Source of the DNA: Gammaproteobacteria bacterium
Lineage (GTDB): Bacteria > Pseudomonadota > Gammaproteobacteria > Eutrophobiales > Eutrophobiaceae
Assembly (NCBI GenBank): GCA_965215365.1
Contig: CBDCDS010000003.1
Span: 64,001 to 128,000 of the forward strand
Direction: 5' to 3'
DNA: 64,000 bases
Numbering within the stretch: position 1 is the stretch's first letter; each line of letters starts with the position of its first letter. The notes under the pieces were generated by a model. It had not been told where the DNA came from, searched no databases, and saw nothing but the letters and a program-made list of their open reading frames with translations. The translations under genes were made by a program, and so were the position numbers. Below are positions 51,901 through 64,000 of the stretch, piece after piece.

Positions 51901-53227
51901 TATTGAAAACGAGCGGGAGGATGAGATATTCACCTATAAATTCGACGCTGAATATGCGGTTGATTATCCATTCCTTACCGCTTTCAAGGCGGGTATCCGG
52001 CTGGTTAATCGCGACAACCTGCTGGTTCGGCGTGATGCTCGTCTTGACCCTTCGCCGGCGACTATCGCCGCGGCGGTGGCCATCAATCCCGACTTTGTTT
52101 TCGGCGTTTATGACCAGTCGCAGGCGGCCTCCGCCTTTGACGCCAATCCGGTCCTCGTGCTGGATACCCGGGCGGTACAGAATACCGTATTCGCCGGCAT
52201 TGAAGGTGAAGAGCAAGCCAGTGGCGGCCATTTTATTGAAGAAGACATCAAGGCTTACTACCTGCAGGCGGATTTCGAGACACAGACCGTATTCGGCATT
52301 CCCGCTTCGGGCAATTTCGGCGTGCGCGTGGTTACCACCGACGTTGACACGCAGGGAACCACCAACGTCGATGATGTCCTGATGCCCGTCTCCACCAGTG
52401 ACAAATATACCGAAGTATTACCCTCGGCCAATATCAACTTCTTTCCCACCGATGATATCGTCGTCAGGCTGGCCGGCGCCCGGGTATTGGCGCGTCCGGC
52501 AATCACCTTTTTGAGCCCCGGCACCGATAAATATGGCGATGAGATTTACAGTGGCGCCAACGGTGGCGGCAATCCGTTGCTCAGACCCTATATTGCCAAC
52601 CAGTTCGACCTGAGTGTCGAGAGGTATTTTGACGAAGATACGGCGCTGGCACTGGCATTTTTTTACAAGGACATGGACACCTTCATCACCCAGGCCAGGG
52701 TTGTCTCAGGGCCACCGGACGAAAGAGTCACGTCATTTATTGCCGCAAACGGCGCTGGTGGTCATATTCTGGGTGTTGAAGCAACCGCACAACATACGTT
52801 CACCGGCTTGCTGCCGGAAGGTTATGGAGACATCGGAATATACGCTACCTATACCTGGACTGATTCCAATGTGGAATTATCCGAGACCTTCAATTCCGGC
52901 ACCTTCGGCTTGGATGGGCAATCAGAACATCTGGGCAATTTAACCTTGCACTACCATCGCCACAAGCTCGGCGCCCGCATCTCATACCGATACCGGTCTG
53001 AGTTTACCCGACCGCAGCGGCCGGCGCGCGCCTTCACGATAAATCGCGCCGAGGGTGATTTGTCGTTCCAGGTCAGTTACGATATGAATACGCAACTGCG
53101 CCTGTTCGTGGAAGGCTGGAACCTGTTGGATGAGCCTCGGGACAACTACCACGGTCTGAAAAGCCTGCAAGGGCAATACACACAATTTGGCCGCAACATA
53201 CAGCTAGGCGTCAGTTACCGGTTTTGA
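48992..53227 (+). CDS. Fusion protein: signal, 2x FN3, PE-rich linker, autotransporter-like remnant, TonB-dependent receptor
   Basis: EEIRVIG TonB-box-like segment, DIGALPD..VAESL..LPGV plug, GGIGG, GNPLLRPY, C-terminal GVSYRF; duplicated FN3 modules. Confidence 0.85.
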   Translation: MKNTLSVLSLFLLFLSAQQAHTHMPQAPSDLTATSVDNGIRLSWTAPPNPGEIAGYTIYRCEEGETPCTPTLIKWVAHPGDTPPPPTSYTDGGVAVVDGVMIGLVAGTTYRYQVTASYTMDYHESFRSNAVTVLAEGGADPAPEPEPESSMYPPAPPTGLTATPGVDSIDLSWNAPSDDIAGYSIYRCEEGETPCQPEWIAWVANEGDVPPAPTSYTDGGAAVVDGVMVGLVAGTTYRYAVTSNNVDSAGDYYESDDRSEEVTALAAGDTEPEPEPEPKPEPEPEPEPEPAKPAVTPEEKQAALEDVSATMGRNMLSGIVTTIGNRFTAAPDASKFSLAGRQMTLDDLAARGRVLVLHSEDDDYEEQGFSLSAGLQPYRDGTGLSLSVAPRWGGSAAGTAAMLSPEGSGLYSRSIAAQRRRGSLHTALSYGFAKPETGGVTTPFAEFDVTDGAGYRARLGTRYQLSAAGNTLKLELSSDLTTMPTHAAAAADDSPAHEVWLTAALQGRPFTSSDGRRRRAGRILAQADSVDSTTTNPQPDEAAEDTVEIEEIRVIGSRFQRSLSDALDEKRRADEIIEALSAEDIGALPDTSVAESLAKLPGVSYTRNAFGANNLSIRGLGAVLTNGTLNGRDLASEWGDRSVSFNMFPAELIARASLYKAPAASHVEGGIGGTLNLRTARALEWGERYVVANVRGRYNDLAGDLPDSEEFGYRGSVAYLDQFANDTVGIAIGYAGQYAPLVGADSQIYESRTVGFGGAIDGIPAGVGATNDFNIPYGAEYSFFSGASERHSVLGAIQWQPVENFEINIDAFFSAFEQSNSGAGLRLAGGLGSFGNRWSNVQTDGFNVAGATVACLHDEQPNNCADRGWGQDLGAFNARDDGDSTLHSYGIEGQWSAGALTLVYDFSWSKAEGEDAYTTVGYRPYNGMPDALELVRPVATFGENDAGAAFLTSPLDFTDLATNRIDALRLIENEREDEIFTYKFDAEYAVDYPFLTAFKAGIRLVNRDNLLVRRDARLDPSPATIAAAVAINPDFVFGVYDQSQAASAFDANPVLVLDTRAVQNTVFAGIEGEEQASGGHFIEEDIKAYYLQADFETQTVFGIPASGNFGVRVVTTDVDTQGTTNVDDVLMPVSTSDKYTEVLPSANINFFPTDDIVVRLAGARVLARPAITFLSPGTDKYGDEIYSGANGGGNPLLRPYIANQFDLSVERYFDEDTALALAFFYKDMDTFITQARVVSGPPDERVTSFIAANGAGGHILGVEATAQHTFTGLLPEGYGDIGIYATYTWTDSNVELSETFNSGTFGLDGQSEHLGNLTLHYHRHKLGARISYRYRSEFTRPQRPARAFTINRAEGDLSFQVSYDMNTQLRLFVEGWNLLDEPRDNYHGLKSLQGQYTQFGRNIQLGVSYRF

Positions 53228-53349
53228 TGTCATCGATTCGCTCAGGCGCGCGCCGGATTATGCTGGTATAATCCACCTTCGCAGCGCGGTGGTGTTTTGG
53301 CTGCACAGGGCGTCAGTTTCTCTTTCCATCAGCGCGGAGCGGCACTGCA

Positions 53350-54264
53350 GTGAAACCTCCCGTCAACAAGGCCTTAACAGTCAATAACATCACCGACTTT
53401 ATTTCCATCGTCAGGCAGTCCTACCCGGAGTTAAGCAAATCCGGCCGCAAGATCGCCAATTTGCTGATGGAAAAACCCGAGCAGTTTATCAGAGCCAGTG
53501 TCAAGGAGGTGTCTGTTCTCACCGGCGTCAGCGATGCCACCGTAGTCCGCTTCGGCAGGAATCTGGGCTGTAACGGGTTCAAAGACCTGAAGCTGTTACT
53601 GGCCCAACATCTGGCCGTGGAACAGGCCCACAAAGATGCCGCGTCGGGTCAGACCCGGCCGCCGGCCGGTACGTTTGAAGAGCAGATTCATCATTCCGCG
53701 CTGGAGGCGTTAAATCGTGCCAGCCTTGATATCAAGCCGGATATCATTGACAAGGCTGCTATTGCGATTTCACAGTCCAGACGGGTATTCGTCTATGGCA
53801 TCGGCGGCAGTTCCGGGATACTGGCAGCCGAGATACATAACAGGCTGTTTCGTCTGAACGTTATGACGACCGCATTTACCGATGATTATCTGCAAAGAAT
53901 GTCCGCATCAACAGTAACCTCTGAGGACCTGATACTGGTTATTTCTGCCACCGGGCGCCCTCGTCCGCTGCTGGAAAGCGTGGAAATGGCACAGCACTAC
54001 GGGGCAAAATGCGTGGCCATTACGGACAAGAACAGCGCCTTGGCGGACCTGGCAGATAGCTGTATTCACGTGGAACTTTCGCAATCGGGCGTGCTGCATA
54101 ACCAGCCTAACCCCATGCGTTTTGCACAGCTGTTTGCTATTGATTGCCTCTCTCATCGGGTCGCTCAGCTGCTTGGCAAGACCGCGGAGGAAACATTGCA
54201 ACGAGTGCGGGCCAGCATCGCTTCCATTCAGGGCATCGCGCCGCAACAACCTATCGGCGATTGA
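53350..54264 (+). CDS. RpiR/MurR/HexR-family transcriptional regulator
   Basis: GVSDATVVRFGR..GFKDLK HTH; SIS domain YGIGGSS, ISATG. Confidence 0.93.
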   Translation: MKPPVNKALTVNNITDFISIVRQSYPELSKSGRKIANLLMEKPEQFIRASVKEVSVLTGVSDATVVRFGRNLGCNGFKDLKLLLAQHLAVEQAHKDAASGQTRPPAGTFEEQIHHSALEALNRASLDIKPDIIDKAAIAISQSRRVFVYGIGGSSGILAAEIHNRLFRLNVMTTAFTDDYLQRMSASTVTSEDLILVISATGRPRPLLESVEMAQHYGAKCVAITDKNSALADLADSCIHVELSQSGVLHNQPNPMRFAQLFAIDCLSHRVAQLLGKTAEETLQRVRASIASIQGIAPQQPIGD

Positions 54265-54284
54265 TCGAGCTTTGTCCCGGCGCC

Positions 54285-56372
54285 GCCGGCACGACTTGGA
54301 CCGACACCGATGTGACCGCCGGTACGATCTACCGCTATGCGTTAGGGTCAATGCGTTACCTGTGGGGCGGGTCGGGAGAGAAGAGCGTCTGGTCGAATCA
54401 GGTCACGGCTACCCCCGGAGTTGCGGGCAAGCGGACCGGCGCGCCTGCGCGCGGCACCTGCAGTGGCAGCACAAGCAGCTCGGGCGCGGCCGGGAATTTA
54501 CTGACCAATGGCGGATTTGAACAGGGCAATGCCGGCTGGGGCGTGTGGGGTGGGGCTTACGTGGCCAGCGCTGGGCAAGGGCGTTCCGCGTTGCAGGTGA
54601 GCGAACACAACGGCGCCGAGCAGACGCTGACCGGCTTGCAACCCAATACCCGCTACATCCTTACCGGCTCAGGAAGAGCAGCCGGCGTAAACGCAATGAC
54701 TATCGGAGTGAAAGAGCATGGCGGTAACGAGGAATACATGGAATTTACCAACAGCCATTACACCACCCAAGCACTGGTCTTTACCACCGGGTTTGTCAGC
54801 ACCAGCGCCAAGATTTACGTATATAAATATGCTGGAACAGAGGCCGGCTGCGCCGATAATATCATTGTGACTCAGGGCTCAGGGTCCGAATTCTCCCTGG
54901 AGTGGTCTGATGAATTCAACGGCAGCGGCGCCGTGGACTCATCGGTATGGCGGTTTGAACGCGGCTTCGTGCGCAATACAGATACGCGCTGGAGTCCTGT
55001 ATGGGATAGTTCAAAACGTTCTGTCGAAAGTCTGGGCGCCGGTTGGGCCGATGCTTACCATGTCTGGGAATTTGACTGGGATGACAAGCGCATGAGTATC
55101 TATGTCGATGGGGTGTTGATGAATGACTTGCCCTTGGCCAATAGCGTGAACGGGTCAGCCGCATGTGCCGGTCAAAACCCGTTTCAACAGCCTCATCAAC
55201 TGTTATTGAACCTGGCTCTCGGTGGCTCCCACGGCGGCGCTGTGGGTAATTTAATATTTCCCACGCGCTATTTGATTGATTACGTGCGGGTCTATTCGAA
55301 GCAGGAAGACAGTGACGATCAGGTAGCGCCCGGCAAGGAGTCGATAGTGTCTCCGGAGGTGCCACCAAGCGGGCATCCGCTGGGCGAGGATATGGCGTCA
55401 GGGCTTGATTTCTGGCGTGGCGCTGATATGTCCTACGTCAATGAGATGGAAGACTGCGGGGCGGTGTATCGCGACGGCGGGGAGGTGCGCGATCCTTTTG
55501 AGATACTGGCGGACAAAGGGGCGAATCTGGCCCGGTTTCGTCTCTGGCATAACCCGCGCTGGACCGACTACAGCACCCTGCCGGACGTTATAAAAAGCAT
55601 CCGCAGAGCCAGGGCTAACGGCATGAAGGTGTTGCTGAACTTTCATTATTCGGATGACTGGGCCGACCCGCAGCATCAGCGGATTTCCGCAGCGTGGCGG
55701 TCGGCCGGCTCAGTCGAGGCAGTGGCCGAACTGCTGTATGATTACACGTTTACCACCCTGATGACACTGCATGAACAGGGCCTGTTGCCGGACTACGTAC
55801 AAGTGGGCAATGAAGTCAACAACGGCGTTGCGCGAGCACACCCGCAACGTGACTCCTGGTGGGTCAATCCGAGCCGCAATGTGCGGCTGCTGAATGCTGG
55901 CATCAAGGCGGTCAGGGACGTCGGCGCCAAGGTGGAGGGACGCCAACCGCAACTTGTACTGCATCTTGCCGAACCGGAAGCGGTTGAACATTGGCTGAAT
56001 ACTGCCAAGCGGGTGGGACTGGCGGAGGTCGATATCATCGGCCTCAGTTATTACTCGTTATGGTCGCGTGTTCCGCTGGAACGCCTGGATAATCTGATAC
56101 GCCGGCTACGCAGTAAATTCGACCAGGAGGTCGTCATCGTTGAGACGGCCTACCCCTGGACGCTGGCAAATTATGACCGCGCCAACAATATCCTGGGCGC
56201 CGATGCAGTAGTTGCAGGATATGGCGCCACCCGAGACGGCCAACGCCGTTACCTGATTGACCTGATGCAAACAGTATTGAATGGCGGCGGGCTTGGCATA
56301 GTCTATTGGGAGCCAGCCGAGGGCGCATCAAGCGCAGTGTGTTATGTGGAAAGAGCAGCAGTATTATCATAA
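54285..56372 (+). pseudogene. Mosaic remnant: half FN3, CBM4/9-like module, internally deleted GH16, C-truncated GH53 endo-galactanase
   Basis: TWTDT..YRY; NLLTNGGFE; WSDEFNG...YHVW..W...NLALGG without ExDxxE; GADMSY, FHYSDDWADP, QVGNE, VETAYP, YWEPA, then MITE sequence; no convincing start or signal peptide. Confidence 0.75.
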
Positions 56373-56493
56373 CTTATTGAGAGCAATTATGTTTCACAAG
56401 GCAACAAGCGACCTGGTGAGATCTGCGGGTTAACCCGCATATCTCACCAGGTGATGCGAAGATCGCGCCGGATTGGTTCTGCCTGTGGGCGCC
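56312..56493. mobile_element. Remnant of a tandem dimer of the 243-bp element (3' half, junction, 5' part)
   Basis: gagggcgcatcaagcgcagt...ggtgagatctgcgggttaacccgcatatctcacc...gattggttctgcctg. Confidence 0.88.
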
Positions 56494-56496
56494 TGA

Positions 56497-59661
<3,165 letters not shown>

Positions 59662-59762
59662 GCCCGGCGCCGAACCTGCCCGATTCACATTCCCCGGATC
59701 GAAATGGCCACCTATATCAGAGTGCTGTACACCCCGCCGGTATGTAAATTCCTACCCCACGC

Positions 59763-60233
59763 TTATTGATTTTCTGTTTCAGGATTGATGAGCAGTCTGC
59801 GAAGATTTTCTGCATCATCAATATCCCGCGGGCGCCCTGTCGCCAGTTTGTTCCTGAGCAAGTGTTCAGCGGACAGTATTTTGATGGTCACACCGTCAAT
59901 TTCCACGCTGTTTGCCGCCGCGGATGCTTCAAGGTAATCCACGCCTGAAATCCGGGTAATGATGTCTATTCGTCTTGGCGCAACGCCGATTTGGAAGATA
60001 ACGCCTTCTTCTGAAAAATCGGAGACCGAAACCGCGTCCATAGGGGCGCCAAACTCTGATAACGCACGGCATACCCTTTCCGCGTTATCCGGGTCTGCCC
60101 TGACCCAGATATCGATATCCATCGTCGCCCGGGGATAGCCATGAGAAGCAAGCGCATAAGCGCCTACCAGGATAAAATCAACGCCTTGGCCTGATAAGGA
60201 CTGCAATATGTCTCTGTAATCTTCGTTCCACAT
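59763..60233 (-). CDS. Nucleotidyltransferase-like protein
   Basis: LVGAYA...HGYPRATMDID, NKLATGRPRD. Confidence 0.8.
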   Translation of the reverse strand: MWNEDYRDILQSLSGQGVDFILVGAYALASHGYPRATMDIDIWVRADPDNAERVCRALSEFGAPMDAVSVSDFSEEGVIFQIGVAPRRIDIITRISGVDYLEASAAANSVEIDGVTIKILSAEHLLRNKLATGRPRDIDDAENLRRLLINPETENQ

Positions 60234-60375
60234 CGTGCCTCGGACTGAAAGAAGCAATTTCTTTTGTCAACGGCCAGACTATGCCGATACGTTCTGCTGC
60301 TGACGCACCCACATAATTGTCGTCCCGGTGGCCGGCCAGACTTGCTTTACAGACGATGTTGCGATCGAGTTGCAT
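60178..60375 (-). CDS. Small hypothetical protein overlapping the nucleotidyltransferase gene, possible TA-like partner
   Basis: 65 aa, ERIGIVWPLT...RLQRH; overlap arrangement. Confidence 0.55.
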   Translation of the reverse strand: MQLDRNIVCKASLAGHRDDNYVGASAAERIGIVWPLTKEIASFSPRHDVERRLQRHIAVLIRPRR

Positions 60376-60415
60376 CAGGTTACCTTAACATACGGCAGGA
60401 AATACTACCACATCT

Positions 60416-61550
60416 TGTCCAGGTTCAATACATATGAGACTCAGAGGCAGGCTGTGTGAGTTGTTGATAATACTCCATTGGGGTTAATAAACCCATACCG
60501 TCATGCGGGCGGTAGGTATTGTAGTATTGCTGATACTCTGCCAGTTTGCGGTTGATGGCCGCCACGGTCAGTGGACCCTCGTAGAACGGATAGAACTCAT
60601 AGCGGCTGGTGGCATTGGCGCGTTCTACACAGCCGTTGTATTCGGGTTTTTTCGGGGGCAGCACGTACAGGGGGATTCCTAAGTCCTGGCAAGCCTGCTC
60701 GAACTCATCTTAAGAACTCCGAGCCGCCATCGACCTGGATAGAACGGATGGGAAACGGCGCCTCTTGGCACAGCGCTTTTAAGAAGCGCCGGGCATTGCC
60801 ACTGGTGGCCCGACTGTAGGCTCGCAGCGCACTCCATTTGCTCACCGGACAGACGGCCTTGAACTCCTTCACCGTGATGCCGTCCGTGAAGCCGACACTC
60901 ATGTGGTCTATCTGCATCAACTCCCCTGGCGCCTTAGCCTTCATCCCGTAGCGCCAGCGCTTGGCATGATGGGTAAACGCCCGGCGGCGCTTAGGCTTCA
61001 CCCGGCCATAGTAAAACGCCACCGGCTTGACCCGACCCAGCCGCACCAGCTTCGCCACGATGCGCCCGACCGTACTCTCGCTCAAAGTCCAGCCCTGCTC
61101 GCGCACCCCCACCCGCCAGAGCTTACGCTTACCCCATAACGGATAACGTTGGCGAAGGTGCAAGACCTGCTGCTCGTGCTGGCGCGTCCATTGCGGCACA
61201 CGCCGCCGCCGCGGCGCACGAGAGCCACACCCCAGACCCTTCAGCCCATGTTCACGATACCGCTTCAACCAACGGTAGTAGGTCGCCCTCGACCAACCTA
61301 CTGCTGCCAGTGCCGTCGCCTCACCACACCCATCCTCGCGTAACGTCGCAACTAATTCCAACTGCTTCAAACGACCGCGCGCGTCAGCATCGGTAGTATC
61401 ATCGACGCGCCAACTGCGATATGATTTCACCCGCTTACCTTTTGATCTGCATCGGGTAGTCCTCCTGTGTAAGTTAATCGAAATCACTTTACACACTTAA
61501 CTACCCGATTTCTTTATCTAAAGAGTCTCACTTGTTTCTGAACCCGGACA
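60416..61550 (-). mobile_element. IS481-family insertion sequence, copy 2 (1135 bp), transposase broken at two sites
   Basis: Near-identical to copy 1; 5-bp duplication CATCT at 60411-60415 and 61551-61555; same DGGSEF frameshift plus an early stop (MQIKR*). Confidence 0.92.
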
Positions 61551-62240
61551 CATCTTCCAGCTGACACCGAGGAACCAGGTACGGCCGTAGCGGTCAAACC
61601 GGCGCAAGTCACGTTTATCGTTATTGCGGGTGATACGCGCCGGCTCATCGGTCAGATTATAGCCTTGAAGACGGACGGTGATATTGTCGTTGACGATATA
61701 GGCCAGGCCGGCGCTGACACTCAGCTCCGCACCCAGGGTGCTTAACTCAGAACCATCCCAGCCGAAGCCTGTGGTGAAGGCCGAATGATATTTTAAGCCG
61801 AAACGCAGGTCGAACTGGCGCCACCAGAACCACAAATCCATGGACGCCGTGTGGCTGGCCAGCCCGGCCAGACTGTAGGGATTCTCCACCGGATACAGTT
61901 CCTTGATGTTCGAGTCCGCATAAGCGTAGTTGGAATAAATGCCGGCGGAGACGCCATCCAGGGCTTTGGGCAGTAACGAGGTAAACGGCGCCTGGAACGT
62001 CAATTCGATACCACGCAGACTGCCCGATGGTTCGTTCTTCGGGCCATAGATGTAAAACACACGCCCGTCCCGGACCTCAAAATCGAGGTAGGTATAACCG
62101 ATGTAGTCCTCAATCCGCTTATAGTAAAGGGTCGCTGCCGCCAGCGACTCCGGTGCAAAATACCACTCGTAGGACAAATCTATCTGCAGGGTCGGGCTTG
62201 AAGTAGCGCACATCGGCCTGTTGCGCGGCAAAACTGATAC
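61551..62240 (-). pseudogene. C-terminal fragment of a TonB-dependent receptor
   Basis: QIDLSYEWYF, LYYKRIEDYI, GIEL, NYAYADS, NLTDEP, YGRTWFLGVSWKM. Confidence 0.8.
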
Positions 62241-62777
62241 CGATGGATTCGGCCTGGTAGGTTTTGAAGGTTCCGCTGAGAGTGGTTTCAAATATCTTGT
62301 TGTGGTCCAGGTCGAGTTTTAAGGTGTAGCGATGTGCATGGCGTTCTATACCGCGTCCGTTATTTTGTTCGGAATTATCCCCGCTCGAATAATCTTTCCA
62401 GGTGCCGGCCAGCGTGATACTGAGTTCCCAGACTACCGTGGATGACCTGCGCGTGGCAGCGGAAGGCACATCGCGCCGCCCCCCGGCATCAATGACTTTA
62501 ATCGGCGCCCGGTTGCCGTTTCCACCAGCCCCACCCAAAGGCGCAATGGAGACCGCCAGCGCATACACCTTGTCGTTCCCCCCCGAGTAACCGAAGCTAT
62601 TGGCGTAAGGATGGTTTTGAAAAGCGGGGCCATTGCCTGTGCCCACGGCCAGCACCAGCCGGTCATCCCAGAAGTCCCGGTGATTGGTGCCCTTGAGCGC
62701 CATGCTGCCGGACAGTGTGATGACGCTGCCAGCACTGAGTGAACCCAGTCCTGCGTTATCATCGATGGTAAAAACAG

Positions 62778-63350
62778 GTGCGGCAGACCCGTAGCGCCAC
62801 AGGTAACCGGGGCGCGCCAGCGGACAGAGATGAAATACCATCGACCGCCCGCCCGGCGCCGGCAATCATGGAGCGCAGCGTGGCCCCCGTTTCAGCATTT
62901 TCGGAGCTCGTCGAACGGCCGTTATTCAGGGAAGACCGGCGGCCTTATATGCCGGTGGGCCCGGTTAACCCGGGGGCGCAACATGACGCCGGGCCGGATA
63001 TTTCAGATCAAATCTCCTTGTCTGGGGTCGTTATCAGTGAGGATGACAAAATTGCATTGATAGAACACCGGCAGAATAAAAAGTTGCAGCAGCTCAGACA
63101 AGGTGACAGCGTCAACGGTTGGACCCTGGCGAATATACAAGCCAACAGTGTTTTTATGACTCAACAGGGCAGAACTAGTCAGATAATACTCACTGTCAGA
63201 CCATCACAACCGGTCTTGAGAGAGCCGCAAGGAATACCGGAAAGACTGCCCGCCAATAGCGAAGAAGCAGTTGGCACCAACCCTGCACAGCCTGAGCCGA
63301 CCCGTAGAAAAACAACCAGGACAAAACCGGCTCCCAGGCAGTCAGGATAA
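62778..63350 (+). CDS. Type II secretion GspN/GspC-like protein, probably 5'-truncated
   Basis: ERPLFREDRRP, LSGVVIS...ALI, GDSVNGWTL; no N-terminal transmembrane segment. Confidence 0.6.
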   Translation: MRQTRSATGNRGAPADRDEIPSTARPAPAIMERSVAPVSAFSELVERPLFREDRRPYMPVGPVNPGAQHDAGPDISDQISLSGVVISEDDKIALIEHRQNKKLQQLRQGDSVNGWTLANIQANSVFMTQQGRTSQIILTVRPSQPVLREPQGIPERLPANSEEAVGTNPAQPEPTRRKTTRTKPAPRQSG

Positions 63351-63520
63351 CCCGAACGAATCAGGGTGTTGATCATGAGGGTTCCCATTACTTGATTCTG
63401 AAAACTTGTAAGGCTACCATCGAATGATGATCCAACATTTACGGGAACCGGAAATGCTCGATGCCGATGCCGTTGTCATTGAACACACCATCATCTTCTC
63501 TGGTAAAGGGTTAACTCGGA

Positions 63521-63799
63521 ATGGATTTTGAATGGGACCCAAGGAAAGAACAATCGAACCAGAGGAAGCATGGTGTTTCTTTCCTGGAGGCAACCAGTGT
63601 TTTTGGCGATCCGATGGAGTTGACGATTTACAATCCGGACCACTCAAGAGATGAACATCGTTTCTTGAGCATCGGACGAGCATCAAGCGGACAATTGCTC
63701 GTGATTTCCTACACTGAGCGCGAGCCTGATCGGATAAGACTCATTAACGCAAGACCGGCTACTCCGGCAGAGATAAAACGCTATGAAACAGACAATTAA
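63521..63799 (+). CDS. brnT: BrnT-family toxin
   Basis: FEWDPRK...N.RKHGVSF.EA..VF.DP, IRLINAR.AT..E. Confidence 0.92.
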   Translation: MDFEWDPRKEQSNQRKHGVSFLEATSVFGDPMELTIYNPDHSRDEHRFLSIGRASSGQLLVISYTEREPDRIRLINARPATPAEIKRYETDN

Positions 63800-64000
63800 C
63801 ACTGATGATATGAGACCGGACTATGATTTTTCCGGCGGTGTGCGTGGGAAACATTACAAGGCCTACCAAAAAGGTACAAATCTGGTTCTGTTGGAACCCG
63901 AGGTGGCCAAAGTCTTTCGCGACTCCAACGCTGTCAACCGGGCCCTGCGTATGCTGATTGAGCTGGCAAACGGAGCAACGCACAGAGCCCTGAACGATGA
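63783..64000 (+). CDS. BrnA-like antitoxin, 3'-truncated by the window edge
   Basis: MKQTINTDDMRPDYDFSGGVRGKHY...VAKVFRDSNAVNRALR overlapping the brnT end. Confidence 0.8.
   Translation, partial: MKQTINTDDMRPDYDFSGGVRGKHYKAYQKGTNLVLLEPEVAKVFRDSNAVNRALRMLIELANGATHRALND

Overview
Bacterial chromosomal window, most likely from a gammaproteobacterium; the FN3/Ig-domain surface proteins and glycan enzymes are reminiscent of host-associated (e.g. sponge) symbionts, which is inference only. GC-rich core blocks (ilvE-glycosyltransferases-pyrF; iscR-sufA/B/C/D/S/U/T; ndk-rlmN-rodZ-hisS) alternate with more AT-rich accessory blocks: an uncharacterised GHKL-ATPase three-gene operon, a decayed helicase plus a 745-aa AlkB-fusion gene split by an IS481-family element, a type III-like R-M pair, a type II R-M pair and toxin-antitoxin modules. 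A ~27 kb glycan island (about 32.7-59.7 kb) holds GH20, two GH123-like genes, GH53, GH2, a TonB receptor, an RpiR regulator and a putative oxidative GalNAc pathway ending in DgoK/DgoA. It is interleaved with type II secretion remnants, copies of a 243-bp palindromic MITE-like element and in-frame FN3 mosaics. One gene contains a 36-bp repeat / 36-bp insert / 36-bp repeat that resembles an ectopic CRISPR spacer integration. I recognised no rRNA, tRNA, cas gene or true CRISPR array. All family calls come from motif recognition by eye, not from database searches.
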